Assembly (NCBI GenBank): GCA_964252035.1
Contig: OZ176207.1
Reading direction: 5' to 3' (one strand)
Length of the DNA: 64,000 bases
DNA from: Podarcis erhardii
Lineage: Eukaryota
Position numbers and translations under genes: made by a program. Numbering within the stretch: position 1 is the first letter of the stretch; each line of letters starts with the position of its first letter. Below the pieces are notes generated by a model. The model was given only the letters and a program-made list of their open reading frames with translations. It was not told the origin of the DNA and ran no database searches. Of the stretch, positions 24,866 to 37,606 are shown in pieces.

Positions 24866-25107
24866 CAGTGGTACCTTGGGTTACATACGCTTCAGGTTAC
24901 ATACGCTTCAGGCTACAGACTCTGCTAACCCAGAAATAATACCTCAGGTTAAGAAATTTGCTTCAGGATGAGAACAGAAATTGTGCTCAGGTGGCGCGGC
25001 AGCAGCGGGAAGCCCCATTAGCTAAAGTGGTGCTTCAGGTTAAGAACAGTTTCAGGTTGAGAACGGACCTCCAGAACGAATTAAGTTCTTAACCTAAGGT
25101 ACCACTG
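24866..25107 (+). mobile_element. Tigger-like MITE family 1, copy C
   Basis: TA TSD, TIRs, two 16-bp internal repeats. Confidence 0.92.
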
Positions 25108-26167
25108 TATAGGTAATTTATACCAGCATAAATTGTGCTGGCTTCCTATAGTTATGATTGTTCTGTTAGTAGTTAAAGTGGCACCACCTCATCATTCCTC
25201 ATTTATCCACTTCAGTGGACCAAGATAAGTTAGTCACGGAGCTGCAACATCGTCGGACTTCTTATTTCCCTCTTCCTGAACCCTCACACATTCCAGTGGA
25301 CTTTTTTGAGATTGCCAAGGACCATCTGTTTATGGCAATAATACCCGCCTCCAGTATGGAAAGCAAAACTAATTGCGCCGCACCTTTGCCAGCCTCAGCT
25401 TTAATTCCTGAATGTAGGCCTTGCATGCAAGTGAATTGATGCTATATTTCAACACCAGATGAAAGACTGACCCAAAATAAACATAATGCAATTTAACATA
25501 AAGAGATATATAGTACAAGATAGATATTCTCAAATCTTAGAACTGCTGCCATGTGTTACCATATTGTCTTCCTTCTGCTCCTTCTGTTCCCTGTTTTCAC
25601 ACATTTCCCCTCCTTCGTTTGTATTTTCCCCCCCTTTCCCATGGAATATTAAGAAAAAGTCAGGATTTACATTCTGTTACGAGTGCGGTATACTACTGAC
25701 CGCTGAGTTACAGCTATCCTTTCACTGCCGAGATTACTTTTGCCATTTTGTATTGATTCTTTTCTTCTTTACCGTTTCCTAAAGTGACAGCTGTGTAGCT
25801 GCCACTTTACAAGATTGAATTAATCTGCCCTGAGAGTTTAGTATCTAAAAGCTAGATGGAGGTGGAACAATATCTGGCTTGCTCACTCATTGCATTCATT
25901 CTATTCTAGAATGTATTCAGATTGGGGACAGACCTGTTCCATTCTGCAGCGGAACGGGGACAATCTGTCCAATCTGAATTCATTCTAAAATAAGAAGAGC
26001 AGACAAAAGTCGGGGGGTGCAGAACTTTCTTCCGCTCAAGGGCAAATTTCTCTCATGGTTAACCATTCAAGGGCTGAAATCCTGAACAGTTTGCAGCCAG
26101 TTACAGGTAGGTAGCCGTGCTGGTCTGCCGTAGTCGAAACAAAATAAAAAAGAAATTCCTTCCAGTA

Positions 26168-26472
26168 AAAGAAGAAGAAGAAGAAGAAGAAGAAGAAGAA
26201 GAAGAAGAAGAAGAAGAGGAGTAGTAGTAGTAGTAGTTTGGATTTGATATTCCGCCTTTCACTCCCTTTAAGGAGTCTCAAAGCGGCTAACATTCTCCTT
26301 TCCCTTCCTCCCCCACAACAAACACTCTGTGAGGTGAGTGGGGCTGAGAGACTTCAAAGAAGTGTGACTGGCCCAAGGTCACCCAGCAGCTGCATGTGGA
26401 GGAGCGGAGACGCAAACCCGGTTCCCCAGATTACGAGACTACCGCTCTTAACCACTACACCACACTGGCTCT
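26168..26472 (-). mobile_element. tRNA-derived CORE-type SINE (Squam3-like), full length, (CTT)n tail
   Basis: Pol III A/B boxes on the minus strand, (GAA)n/(GTA)n tail, inserted at ccagTA|gcacc with TA repeated. Confidence 0.9.
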
Positions 26473-26504
26473 TAGCACCTTAGAGACCAACTAAGTTTGT
26501 TATT

Positions 26505-26544
26505 GGTATGAGCTTTCGTGTGCATGCACACTTCTTCAGATACA
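26505..26544 (-). ncRNA. Minimal type-I hammerhead ribozyme motif, intact core
   Basis: The minus strand reads tgtatCTGAAGAagtgtgcatgcacacGAAAgcTCatacc; stem I gtat/atac. Confidence 0.75.
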
Positions 26545-27255
26545 GTTCAGATACAGTTCTTTGGTTCACAGGCAGTTTGCAGCCAAGTGACTCAAAGGAC
26601 TGCTTTTGCACAATTCTTTATTTATTCCTTTATTTATTACATTCAGAGCCAACCTATTGCATTTTGCTGGTCCAGGCAAAACTGAAAGTGCCTCCCCCTC
26701 TGCAAAATTGCCCTTGGACAACAACACAACAACACAGCTCTCCAGAGTTCGCCACCCTGAAGCAACCACCTCACAGCATCATGGCTGAGGCGCCTGTTTG
26801 CTTTTATTTCCCGCTTTTTCTCTTCAAGGAGCTCAAGTGTACACTATACCACAATGGCTGTCAGTGCAATCCTATTAAAGAGGAGGGAGAGATTCTGATT
26901 GGTTTACCTTTACATGTGAGCCTACTTGATTCACACTTTATGATTCTATGTGAATGGAAATGGAACTATCTACGTTCACACTTCTCAAAAATCTTGCAAT
27001 GCAGGTTACAACCAAAAAATGGGCACATAAATTTATATCTTAGGGGAAAGCATACAAGCATAGATTTGGATACAGATAGATTAGCATAAAAAGCAGAATA
27101 TTAGGGTAAATGGCAAAAAAAGAGAAAAGTGTGCTAGACTAAGTTTTACCTGCTAGCCACACCAAATTACTCTCCTAGCCATTTTTACAGCCTGAAAGGT
27201 GGCTTCTAAATTTGCATTTCAATACGCACCTCAAAGGAAAGAAAGAAGCTAGAGG

Positions 27256-27523
27256 CAGAGGTGGGTGCAGTGGGTGTGTTCCACCCCGGGTGCCATCCCT
27301 GAGGGGGGTGACATCGCCACGCTGCCACCCCCAATTCTTGCAGCTGGCGGTGCCCCCATGGGGCGTCGCAGCCAGCGCACCGCCCGGGAGGCTCATGGCA
27401 GCTGGCGCACCCCATGGCACATGCGCCCTGCCCCCTTGGGATGCTTGCCCCACCCCTGTGGGTGGCTAGCCCCGCCCCCGCTGCACGCCGCTCCAAGTGA
27501 CGGAGCAGCTTGCTCCGCCTCTG
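27256..27523. mobile_element. hAT-type non-autonomous element, GC-rich
   Basis: Perfect 8-bp TSD GCTAGAGG (27248-27255, 27524-27531); imperfect TIR cagaggtggg / ctccgcctctg. Confidence 0.75.
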
Positions 27524-28442
27524 GCTAGAGGGGTGATTTGGGACAAAAAAAGAGCCTGGTGGGAAAGGGTTAAGCATCTGAAACTTCCCCCTCCCTAAGC
27601 AGGTTTGTTTTAAATAATAAAAATCCACCAAGGTTTCATCAAACATATTCACATGCAATGTTGGGCCATTACAGTGCATCAGAAATGTGCCACCCACTTC
27701 GGAAACTCTCATGCTTACGCAGAAAATTGTGCGCAAATATTTCATTCTCAAAGACCGAGCATGAGTTTGCAAAGGGTATTTGTGTGTTTCATCACAAATG
27801 TGGTACATTTCGGTAGGCAAAACGGAATTTGAGTTCCATGTGCTCATAAATTTTGCATGGTATTTCTAAGCTGTGATCTTTGCTGCCCTGACTTATGTTA
27901 ATCAGTGTGTTTGTTACCACACATCTTGAATATTGCATTTCTCTGGTGGCTGGCTTATCATCTTCTATAATTATTCTAAATTCCAATTAGTTCTGAACTC
28001 TTCTGCTGAGTTATTTATTTGCTTGTAGCAATGAGAAGACACACCACTGCCTTTCTTCCCAATCTTCGTCTCAGGAATAATGATTTTTAAAAAACCACTT
28101 GCATGCAATTGTCCCAAATGGATATTTATTCTATTTTATTTTCGTTTCAGGTCTGTTTGGAGTAATTTTATATTACTAAGAAGATGCTGAACCTGTGCTT
28201 GGACGAGCACATGATTTTATGCAACTATTTTGATGTAGCACTATTACTTTTGTGTCTGAATAAAGTTCTGTTAGTAAAGCTTTGAAACCATATTTTGGGT
28301 CTGGACATTTTTTATTCCAAGAGGAGTTGGTTTTTATGCATCCTATTACTTCAAGCTGCACAACATTAATATCTGCAATACAGTGTCTTCCTTGTAAAAC
28401 TCAGGGAGAAGTATGTGGACAAAAGTAAGACTAGTTTGTCCC

Positions 28443-28898
28443 TGTCAGGTGTGCGTACAGGTGCCAGGCCCTGTGACCAATAGGACTTTGCAGGACTGGG
28501 ACCTTCCTAAGTTTGTTCTGAAGAGGCAAGGTGCAGCCTCACAGGTGAGGCCGATTGGTAACTCACAGCACCTGGTGGCAAGAGCTGGGAAGGGTTATAA
28601 GGTCAACATTTCCCTTCAGCTCTTTGCCTCAGCAACATGCTCCCTGTGTTTGGCTTCTTGCTTCCTGAGCCTTGAACCTCGGCTTCTTGACTCCCTGCTT
28701 CTTGATCCTCGGACCCTTGATTTCGTGACTCGTTTCCTGATCCTCGGACCCTTGGCTTCTTGACTCCCGGCTCTCTGACCCTAGGACTCTTGGCTTCCTG
28801 GCTTCTAGACCCCGGTTCCTGCTCCCACCCTGCCATCTTGCCCCCAGTCCTGATGTCCCCTGCCGGGACTCCGATCGCCCGTGAACTGGACCGTGACA
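28443..28898 (+). mobile_element. Solo LTR (Gypsy/Ty3-like), family Y copy 2
   Basis: TGTCA...TGACA, perfect 5-bp TSD GTCCC (28438, 28899); collinear with 14595-15072. Confidence 0.9.
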
Positions 28899-29086
28899 GT
28901 CCCACCTGTAATTAGCACTGGCCCCACCTACTGTTGGTCTCCCTGCCTTCCACCCCACCTGTCCCAATGGACAACAGCCCCCACTGCTTGTACCCATGAG
29001 CTGCAGGCACCTTGGTCTGAGTCAGGCCATGTCTAGAGGTGAGTCACTCCCTCCAAATTATTAAATTATTAAAATGTTGGAATGAC

Positions 29087-29480
29087 AAAATCATAGCACT
29101 GCAGAGTTGGAAGGAACCCTGAGAGTCATCTAGTCCAAACCTTGATCATCTCGGTCACCCTCCTCTGCATATGTTCCAGCTTGTCAACATCCTTCTTAAA
29201 TTGTGTTGACCAGAATTGGACAACTCTGAGTGGGGTCTGACCAAGGCAGAATAGCGAGGGGCTATGACTTCCCTTGATTGGGACATTATAATTCTGTTGA
29301 TGCAGCCTAGAAATGACATTTTGTTTTGTTTTGCTGCTGCATCACACTTGACTCATGTTAAGCTTGTGGTCTACTAAGACCTCTAGATCCTTTTCACATG
29401 TACAAGGCAAGCCAGGGGTCCCCCATCCTAGTTGTGTGCAGCTGCCTAAGTGTAGAAAATTACATTGTCCCTACTGAAAA
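29087..29480 (-). mobile_element. CR1 3' fragment with internal deletion
   Basis: The CR1 tail (aatcatag...gagttggaagg...tagtccaa) is joined at ~29141 to ORF2 C-terminal sequence homologous to ~49770-50100. Confidence 0.75.
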
Positions 29481-31611
29481 TGTATGTTGTTTTTGTTTTC
29501 AATGAACAACTGGGGGGATCGAGGGTCACAAACCTTTTGCCACTGCAATATCATCATCATCATCATTTATTTGTACCCCCACAGATCTGACTGGGTTGCC
29601 TGAGCCACTCTGGGCTGCTTCCAACACACACAAACACACACACATTTGTATGACTGAATGGATGGGTGAATGTCAAACCCCATGTTATATTATATTTCTG
29701 CAGCATAATCAACACCTGGTGCAGAACCATAGAGAACGGGCCTTAAGTTTGGAAAAAGGAGAAACAAAGAGGAACCAAAATTGACAGTCCCTCACTCAAG
29801 GCAGAACGTTATTTTTCAGTGGTTACATTTTAATCAAGGTGTAAGGAAGCAGACAGTTTTGTGCAGGAGAAAACCCACCATGGCTGCAGTTGTGGAAGCC
29901 CCATTGAACTGGGATTTACTTCTAAGGAGACATGAGCTGCAGTCCTATGCCCCTTACCTGGGACCAAGTCCCATGCTTCCTTCTGAGTAGACACTGCACT
30001 GAAATTCTAGACATACCAGGACATTTTATTTTCTTACTCTTCAGAATTATATTTTGCTGTCCCCACAAAATGGTTATTGAAGGCACTGATTTAAGCTTTG
30101 CTGTGGCAAGTACAAAAGCAAAAACACTCCATTGTTTTCTCAGTTATATTTATTTCTATATTTATTGACTGTAGTTTTAGATCACCTTTCTTCCCAAACG
30201 ATCCCAAGGCAGTTAGACATAACAGCCACTATTATTGCTAGAGCACACCATAAGAATCCAAATGACGGATGGGGCCTCTTGATTTCTTCATATTGACAAC
30301 CATGTGATACAAATAAAGCTTCTTCTCTAGCACAGGATCAAGCTATGATTTATAAATCTCATAACTCGAAAATCCAAGGGTAAATTGGTTTTAAATTTTA
30401 GCCCTCCTTTTTCCAGAAAAGCCAACGGTTTCACAGAAGCTGCAGAGGTTCTTAAAAAGCTCTAGAGTATCTTCCTCCTCTTTCTTACAGTACATTATGT
30501 TTTATTGCGGCAGTAAAACTTAACAAAATGATAAAATAAAGGTAACAAATATACTACCGTGAGCTGCGTCTCGCTCAGTATTAATCAATAGACTCCCAGC
30601 ATTGATTGACTGTGCAAATCAATGAGCACATATCATTTTAATTACCAATCAATAACCCACGATGTTCTCTTCAAATAGAGCTTATTTGCTAAATAAAATA
30701 TTAATACACATTTGCCTGTGATTATAATGAACTAAAGCCTACATAAAATAGGGCACATCATTTCGTAGGGAAATTGGTAATTACTAGAGGTCTCTTCCCA
30801 AGTTGAGGGGTGCGTGTGCATATAATTAAAGGTGATTAAAAACTGCATATACTTGTTCTGCCTTCCGACAGCACAATTATGATCAATACTGGTAACCCTA
30901 CTGTAGTGAAAGAGATCCTAAACTGAGTTTGCAGATCTTTCGTTTTCCCCCTCTTTGTATTAACCATTGGGATGTGAAGGTGTTCGGTCTGTGACTTGGG
31001 TACCTCTGCTGTGATTGCACAAAGACCTGCTCCAGTGTTTATTTTTTTTGTTCTGATCAATACGATCACGGGTATACTTTTAGTTCTGTAGTTACAAAAC
31101 ACCGATGTGCTAACGCATATAATGCCCGGATAAAATGCTTAACCTAATTGTTAGAAATATATGAGTGATGATGGACTCATGCTGTTGTGCCACATCACCT
31201 ACGCTCTGCACCAGGAAACAGGCACACACATGTATTTCCAAAGAGGCAAAAATGCAGCAAGGCGAATCCTGCCTCCCTTCCCTCTAAAGAGCTCCTGCAA
31301 AAGTCAAGCTGGCACAGAGCATGCTCCGTATTTAGATGATAGGGTCCTTCATTCTCCGTGCAGGTAACTGTCAGTCAGGCAGGGTGTGGGGTACGATCAT
31401 TCCATCTGTGCTGTTCAGATTGTCAGGTCCATTGTTCTGCACAGTGTGAGGTGGATTGTGGAAAACAACCGGGAAGGATGCTTTTAAGTAATTGCTCTGA
31501 CTTAGACTGATTACTACAGTAACAACAGCCACTGATAGTTAAAGGACCAGCTCTGGCATATGGTGTGTGTTTATAATTGAAGGTTGTTAGGGGAAAGGTA
31601 GGGGAAATGGG

Positions 31612-31614
<3 letters not shown>

Positions 31615-31655
<41 letters not shown>
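31615..31655. repeat. (AG)n microsatellite
   Basis: Direct reading. Confidence 0.97.
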
Positions 31656-31657
<2 letters not shown>

Positions 31658-33582
31658 CTCTTTTTAATTGTTTGCATTGCTTTAGGATTAATAAAGCTGG
31701 GTATTTTCTTTCCTTTGGCTGAAGGAAACTAAATTTAAGCAGTAAATGGCAGCTAACACAGAAAATGCGAACTACGTATATATTTCAGCTACACTTCAAA
31801 ATCATGTTGTGCTTTCTGATAATCGTCCACATTTCTTTTTTGCAATTGTTCTACTTTTGGCACTCAGTGGAAAATAGCAACTCAAACCCAACTCGGGAAA
31901 CATCCTCTTGGTATTGGTTGTGGACTCCAGATTCCTCACAAGAGCATGTCATGAAGAACATGTATTTGGGTGTCCTAAATTATGATATGCAAAGAACACT
32001 TCCACATAGTCAGGCACCTAATAGAAGAGAATACATTTGCGAGAGGGTGCTTTTGAAAAATGGGTTTCTGAATATCCTACATTTTTTTTAAAAAAGTATA
32101 TTGGCATACTAAGGCTTACATTGCATCTGTTATTTACCCTGAACCAGTTGGTTGCATTTACTGAACATTTTGAGAGCCTGTGTGTCTTGAGGTTAACTGC
32201 CTACTAGATTCCCTTTTTCATGACATGTATAAAGTACAACTTTATAACGCACCACCTTTTTATTAAAAAAAACACCCCTAAATCCAATAAAGCTGGCATT
32301 AAAGTCAGACTGAATCTGTTTCCACCTCAAATATTTATTACATTAATGCCATAAATCTAAAGAATGGTGAGTGTGTGTGCTCTCTCAGCCAGTATCTTGA
32401 AGGGATCCTTTTCCTCTTTACATTATAATTCCCATGTTTAGCTGACAGCTTACATGCCTATTGATAATCTGCTTTTATTGTTAAAGACGTGCAGCAGAAT
32501 TTCTTCGGTGCCGTGCAGAATAGTGAACTCAAGAGCGTTTTCAGAGAGCAGTTGTACAAAAATATCTTTTTAAATGCCGTAGTAGATCTTTCTGTCCATC
32601 ACTGGAAAATAGCTGAGATTAAAAGTACAGGGCAGAAATGTCACAACAGAAATTGATAGGGAAAACAAAGTAAACATGCTGCACAGGAAGGCATGGTTTT
32701 ATGAACCGAGGACGCAATTGGTTCTGTTTTCCACTCCCGTTATTTTATTTTACTCATTATTTTGCACATGCAGGAACCTTCAGGTTGGCAGCGCTTTTAT
32801 GAAATCAAATTTGGGTGATTAACTTGGATGGTTTGTTTAAGCTCTTGGTCTCATGTTGTGTTTAGGAATGGAGCTCTCGCGTTCTCAAGTAGAATAGATC
32901 AATACTCAAATAAAAGGCTGTTTTTAACTGCTAATAGGTGCTGTGAGAATATTATTTCTGACACAATATAGAAAATGCATAGTTTTATTTAAACTGCATC
33001 TGCTGTGGTGGTGGAAAAATATCAGATCGCTAAAATTTGTTCATTCTTTTAAGGAACTTCAGCATCCAAAGATTCAAGATTTCAAATGTGCTTAGACATT
33101 TGTGAATAACATTGGCTCTCAAGAATTGAAGGGGGGGGGGAATGCTAATAAGAAAAGTACCTTTAAATATGGTTTATTGAACTGGCAATGAGCAGTGTGC
33201 TCATGCACTCCCTCTTTGCCCCTCCCTATCTCCCCTCACATTTCTGGTTCCAATGAAATTTTCCTGGTTCTTTAAATCACATTATCTTGAGTCAGGAAAC
33301 TGTGGCTTAAGTGTTCCCTAAAAAACAAGGTAATAAACCAGGATCATGTGAATCCCTGGATCTCTCCAGCATTTAATTTGTTAGGAATGAAGCAATGAAG
33401 CACTTCAAAGGCATAGTAGAATCCCTTGTAATAAAGGGTTTCATTCTAAATGGGGCAGGAGGATTAAATGGTTTCTAATTACAGAGCTACCCTTCAGATG
33501 CTGCTGGACTACAACTCCCATCATCCCTAACTTCTGGCCATGCTGACTGGGGGCTGCCTCTGCCTTAAGCAAACATAAGCGC

Positions 33583-33584
<2 letters not shown>

Positions 33585-33631
<47 letters not shown>

Positions 33632-33844
33632 TCCTGCCCATCTGGCTGGGTTTCTCCAGCCACTCTGGGCGGCTCCCAACAGACGACTAAAAATAGAATA
33701 AAACATCAGACATTAAAAACTTCCCTAAAGAGGGCTGCCTTCAGATGTCTTCTAAAAGTCAGATAGTTTATTTCCTTGACATCTGATGGGAGGGTGTTCC
33801 ACAGGGCGGGTGCCACTACCAAGAAGGTCCTCTGCCTGGTTCCC
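33585..33844 (-). mobile_element. L2 LINE 3' fragment with (ATT)n tail
   Basis: The minus strand encodes GTRQRTFLVVAPALWNTLP (L2 ORF2 C-terminal motif); (AAT)n at 33585-33630. Confidence 0.75.
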
Positions 33845-34071
33845 CTATTGCAAAAATGCTTGTATTATATTCCTCTCGCTACTCAGGGTTGACAGAATAC
33901 GTACCCCAAGCAGCAGTTGCTGGGGCAGGGGCCAATGGCAAGGTGTGGGAATGCCTGTGTGGGTCATGTGTCTGCATTATCCCATTGCCAGTGTGGGGAT
34001 AAGACTCACTGGCCAGTTGAAACATGCACTTCATTGCAGGCAGAAAAATATCTTAGTCTGGACAGTATATC

Positions 34072-34516
34072 TGTCAGGAGCTAGTCCTACACTCGAGTAG
34101 GACCCTGGCAGAGACACATGCCCAACTGGCATGTTCTCTCCCTCCTGGTCGATCGTTCGGGAGCTTCATTAGCTTTCTTCAGCCTGAACATCACAACGAC
34201 TGATGCCAACAGACACCAGCACACTTAGGGATCCACAGAGTCTTCGCAGTTTGTGTAACAGACCTCAGCAACTCAGCACTTTGGCTAATCTACTTTATTT
34301 ACATATAAACACACACGGAGCACTGCAACATGGCTCCCTCTCTCTCTAGCATCAGACAGCAAAGAGAAAGAACAAAGGACAATAGTCCCACTTCACGGAA
34401 CACAGTAACACAAACATCCGGTCTCCGTCACTTCCCATTCTGTGGAGTCAAAACATACACCATCATGTGATAGACAACAATCCCATGAATGCAATCATGG
34501 AGCAGGAATTCTAACA
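34072..34516 (-). mobile_element. Solo LTR, family Z
   Basis: TGTCA...TAACA termini, perfect 5-bp TSD ATATC (34067, 34517), minus-strand AATAAA at 34294-34299. Confidence 0.85.
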
Positions 34517-35335
34517 ATATCCACCCTTTTGTCTCTAATGATTTCTTGTTGCAACTTCTTCCATTTGCAGTTCTCTTTGCATCTGTATTTCCTAAAAAAA
34601 AAAATACAGATCCTAAAAAGTGGGGTTGGGAACAGCTGCTATTTTCTATTGGAGGTTGCAGGCTTCCCATGAGAATCTGGCTAGCCACTTTCAGAACAGG
34701 ATGCTGGAACTATAATAGGCCTTTCATCTAACAAAACAAAGGGGTCCCCCCCTTATGTTCTTATTTGGATTACGTATTAAGAGCAAGTGGCTTTCACAGG
34801 TGGGAATTCTGTGTCACCCAGAATAGTTTTGATAAAATGAAGTCGTTGCAAGTTTTAAAGCAAACCCATCCCTTACATTCTGTCATGGAAGTGCACTTAA
34901 AAATAGAAGTTGGAATGACATTTTTTTAAAAAACATATAATGGCATGATTAGATTACATAGTGAAACAGTCATTCAAGTATACATCCATACATGTGTCTG
35001 TGTGCATTTCTTTGGTCACAAAAGCCAGCCTACACCCCACCTCCTTGAAATGCCCCAGAGTGTGAATAAACAATATTAACTGTATAATAAATTGTATGTA
35101 TATCTGTGCTAAACGAATTCCATTATCCGGAAGGATCATAACAGTGGAAGAAAACCCGCCTATAGTTATTGCAAGTTAAATCCCCGGTAACTGGCGTATT
35201 TTACCATTTTTTTTTTTGTTCTGTTACCTATTTAATAATGCATCTATGCATATTGCACCCCTATTATTAATAGTAAATGTACATTTCAACCTGTCAAGTT
35301 TCCTTAGCCCCACTTTTGCAAGTTTTTTTTTAAAT

Positions 35336-35539
35336 NNNNNNNNNNNNNNNNNNNNNNNNNNNNNNNNNNNNNNNNNNNNNNNNNNNNNNNNNNNNNNNNN
35401 NNNNNNNNNNNNNNNNNNNNNNNNNNNNNNNNNNNNNNNNNNNNNNNNNNNNNNNNNNNNNNNNNNNNNNNNNNNNNNNNNNNNNNNNNNNNNNNNNNNN
35501 NNNNNNNNNNNNNNNNNNNNNNNNNNNNNNNNNNNNNNN
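35336..35539. other. Assembly gap (204 N)
   Basis: Run of N flanked by poly-T tracts. Confidence 0.99.
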
Positions 35540-37401
35540 TTTTTTTTTTTCACCCCTTCATTTCTTTATATCTCCTAGATTGCGCTGACAGTTCCCTTTC
35601 ATTGCATGCTTTAACTCACTGAATACTAAACACTCTGCAGATTGCAAAGGAGAAGGACCCAGTCGACTGTAGCCCCTCCCTTCCCTGTCTCTTTTCCCCC
35701 CTCCAGCCCGCCTTGATGAAGAGTAATTTGTAGGTCAGAAATCAATAGTGTGTCTTGGAAGTACATTTGCCTGCTTCCCATGTTACCGACTGCCCAGATA
35801 TGAATATTTTAACTGTTCTGGCTTCTACATGAACCTTGATGCCCAGGAAGCACAGGTTGGAGTTCTTTTTATCACCATTCTCTTTCCATGGCATGCGGCT
35901 CCTGCTTCTCCCTGGTAATTCTCATGTTGCCTCTCTCTCGGTCTCTCTCTCAGTTCTTCACTTCCACCCTCCCTTGGCTGATAAATTCAATGCGCGCCAT
36001 TGTTAAGACAAACTCCTCCTTCACACATACGTCTTTGCATTGTTTGCTGGATAAATGAGAGCGATAAATCATCAAGAATCCATTCCAACCCACCCTTTAC
36101 CAACCTCTCATAAGCTTGGCGCATCTTGACTAGTGTGTTAGAATTCAGACCTTGCAGTACATAGTTTCGTACCTATTCTGAACTGGGCTTTGAACATGGA
36201 GTGGGGGATCATGAAAAAGGCTAGGAGCCGAAAACAGAGAGGTGAAACCTCAGAATCATGCTTGAAGAATCTTATTGGACCACGTCCAATCTATCCATCC
36301 ATGACACCTTCTTCAGGGCGTTATTTTTCCACTTACTGTTGCAATTCACTTAGGAAGTAATGTGCTCCATGTTAACTCCCCCAACAGGCACACAAATTCT
36401 AGAGACCCTCAATATTTGCTAGGGCCCCTCAATGTAGAGGGGACTTTGCACACATTGAACGCTTGTGACATTACAACAGCACATCCCATATTCCAGCTTC
36501 AGTAGCCACCTCCTCCAGAGTGCTTGGTTCTCCTCCAAACAATACATGATGCACGTGACATCACACATGCATGACACATGATAGACCCCCTCAATATCGG
36601 TGGAAACCTGGCGCCTCTGTCCCCCCCAATAAGTGGGATAAGCGTCTTTTCCAAAAATGCACTGGGGATCAGATAGTTCACTTAAAGAAACAACATCATT
36701 TTGAGAATGGGGTTGCTATTCAGTGTCCAGCTTCAACATCAATTGTGTCTGGGATCAATTGGCGAGTACTTCACATGTTAAAGTTAAAACGTTCCTGACA
36801 AAAGGGGTGCTCACATACTACATTCAATAAGTGTACAATATATGTACCTGTATACACAAATAGTTGAGCTGTACATTTATAGTTATTTACATGTAATGTT
36901 GCATGAGTGCACACCGCCTTTGTACCTGTTTGAGCTGTACAATTCAACCTATGTATACTTTTTCATGCAAACACTTGCATATGTGTGGAGACAGCTTGTG
37001 TCCGTGTTCAATGTGTGAACAAGCCTAATATTACAAGTTTTCTCTCCTATCTTTCCAGTAGTCATAATACATCCTTTCCCGCTTTTTTGTAGGTTAAATG
37101 TGTTTTTAATCTCTATTATTACATTCAGATTTGCAGTGTGACAACCTCGGTTAGCTGTTATGATATGCCACCAACTTTCCAGTTGTTTATTTCAAATAAT
37201 TGTTTCTTTGCGAATGGTTTTCAGCCTAACTTCTCACATTGTGAATCAGGAGATGATTTATTGATTTATTATTGTGATCTATATACCAAGATAAGAAACA
37301 TCAGATACAAGTAATGTACAGGAGAACAGACTGAAATCCAATGCAATATCAAGCAACCACAACAATCCATAACCCCACACACTCCAGAACAATCCCTGGG
37401 A

Positions 37402-37606
37402 TGTGGATTACTGGAAAATTTAACAGCAGCGGGGTTTGGTAATAAAAATATATGTGTTTAAAAACAGCTAATAAAAAAGAGTAAAAACAAACATAAGTAA
37501 AGGAGGGGTGGGAAGTCAAGAAGAAACTTTGTGTTTAAAAAAATTGTATATAATGATAAACACTTAGAAATATTGTTGGAGACATATCTGGAGCTATATA
37601 TATAAA
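37402..37606. other. Unclassified 205-bp AT-rich segment flanked by an exact 16-bp direct repeat
   Basis: agaacaatccctggga at 37386-37401 and 37607-37622. Confidence 0.5.

Larger units (their letters stand above)
26102..26544 (-). mobile_element. Hammerhead-bearing Penelope-like repeat, full monomer split by a SINE
   Basis: 26102-26167 plus 26475-26544 reconstruct the monomer seen at 38365-38498. Confidence 0.78.

Noticed and set aside
26508-27847. 193-aa (+) and 213-aa (-) ORFs
   Set aside because: No recognisable domain; they cross ribozyme-element and hAT-MITE boundaries.
28130-28200. Strong-looking splice acceptor (tttcgtttcag|)
   Set aside because: All three downstream frames hit stops within 13 codons and no donor was identified, so it is not supportable as a coding exon.
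14595-28898. The two family-Y LTRs as the ends of one 14-kb provirus
   Set aside because: Each has its own different perfect TSD (CCAAC vs GTCCC), and there is no gag/pol between them.
35216-35578. ORFs spanning the N run
   Set aside because: Artefact of the assembly gap.
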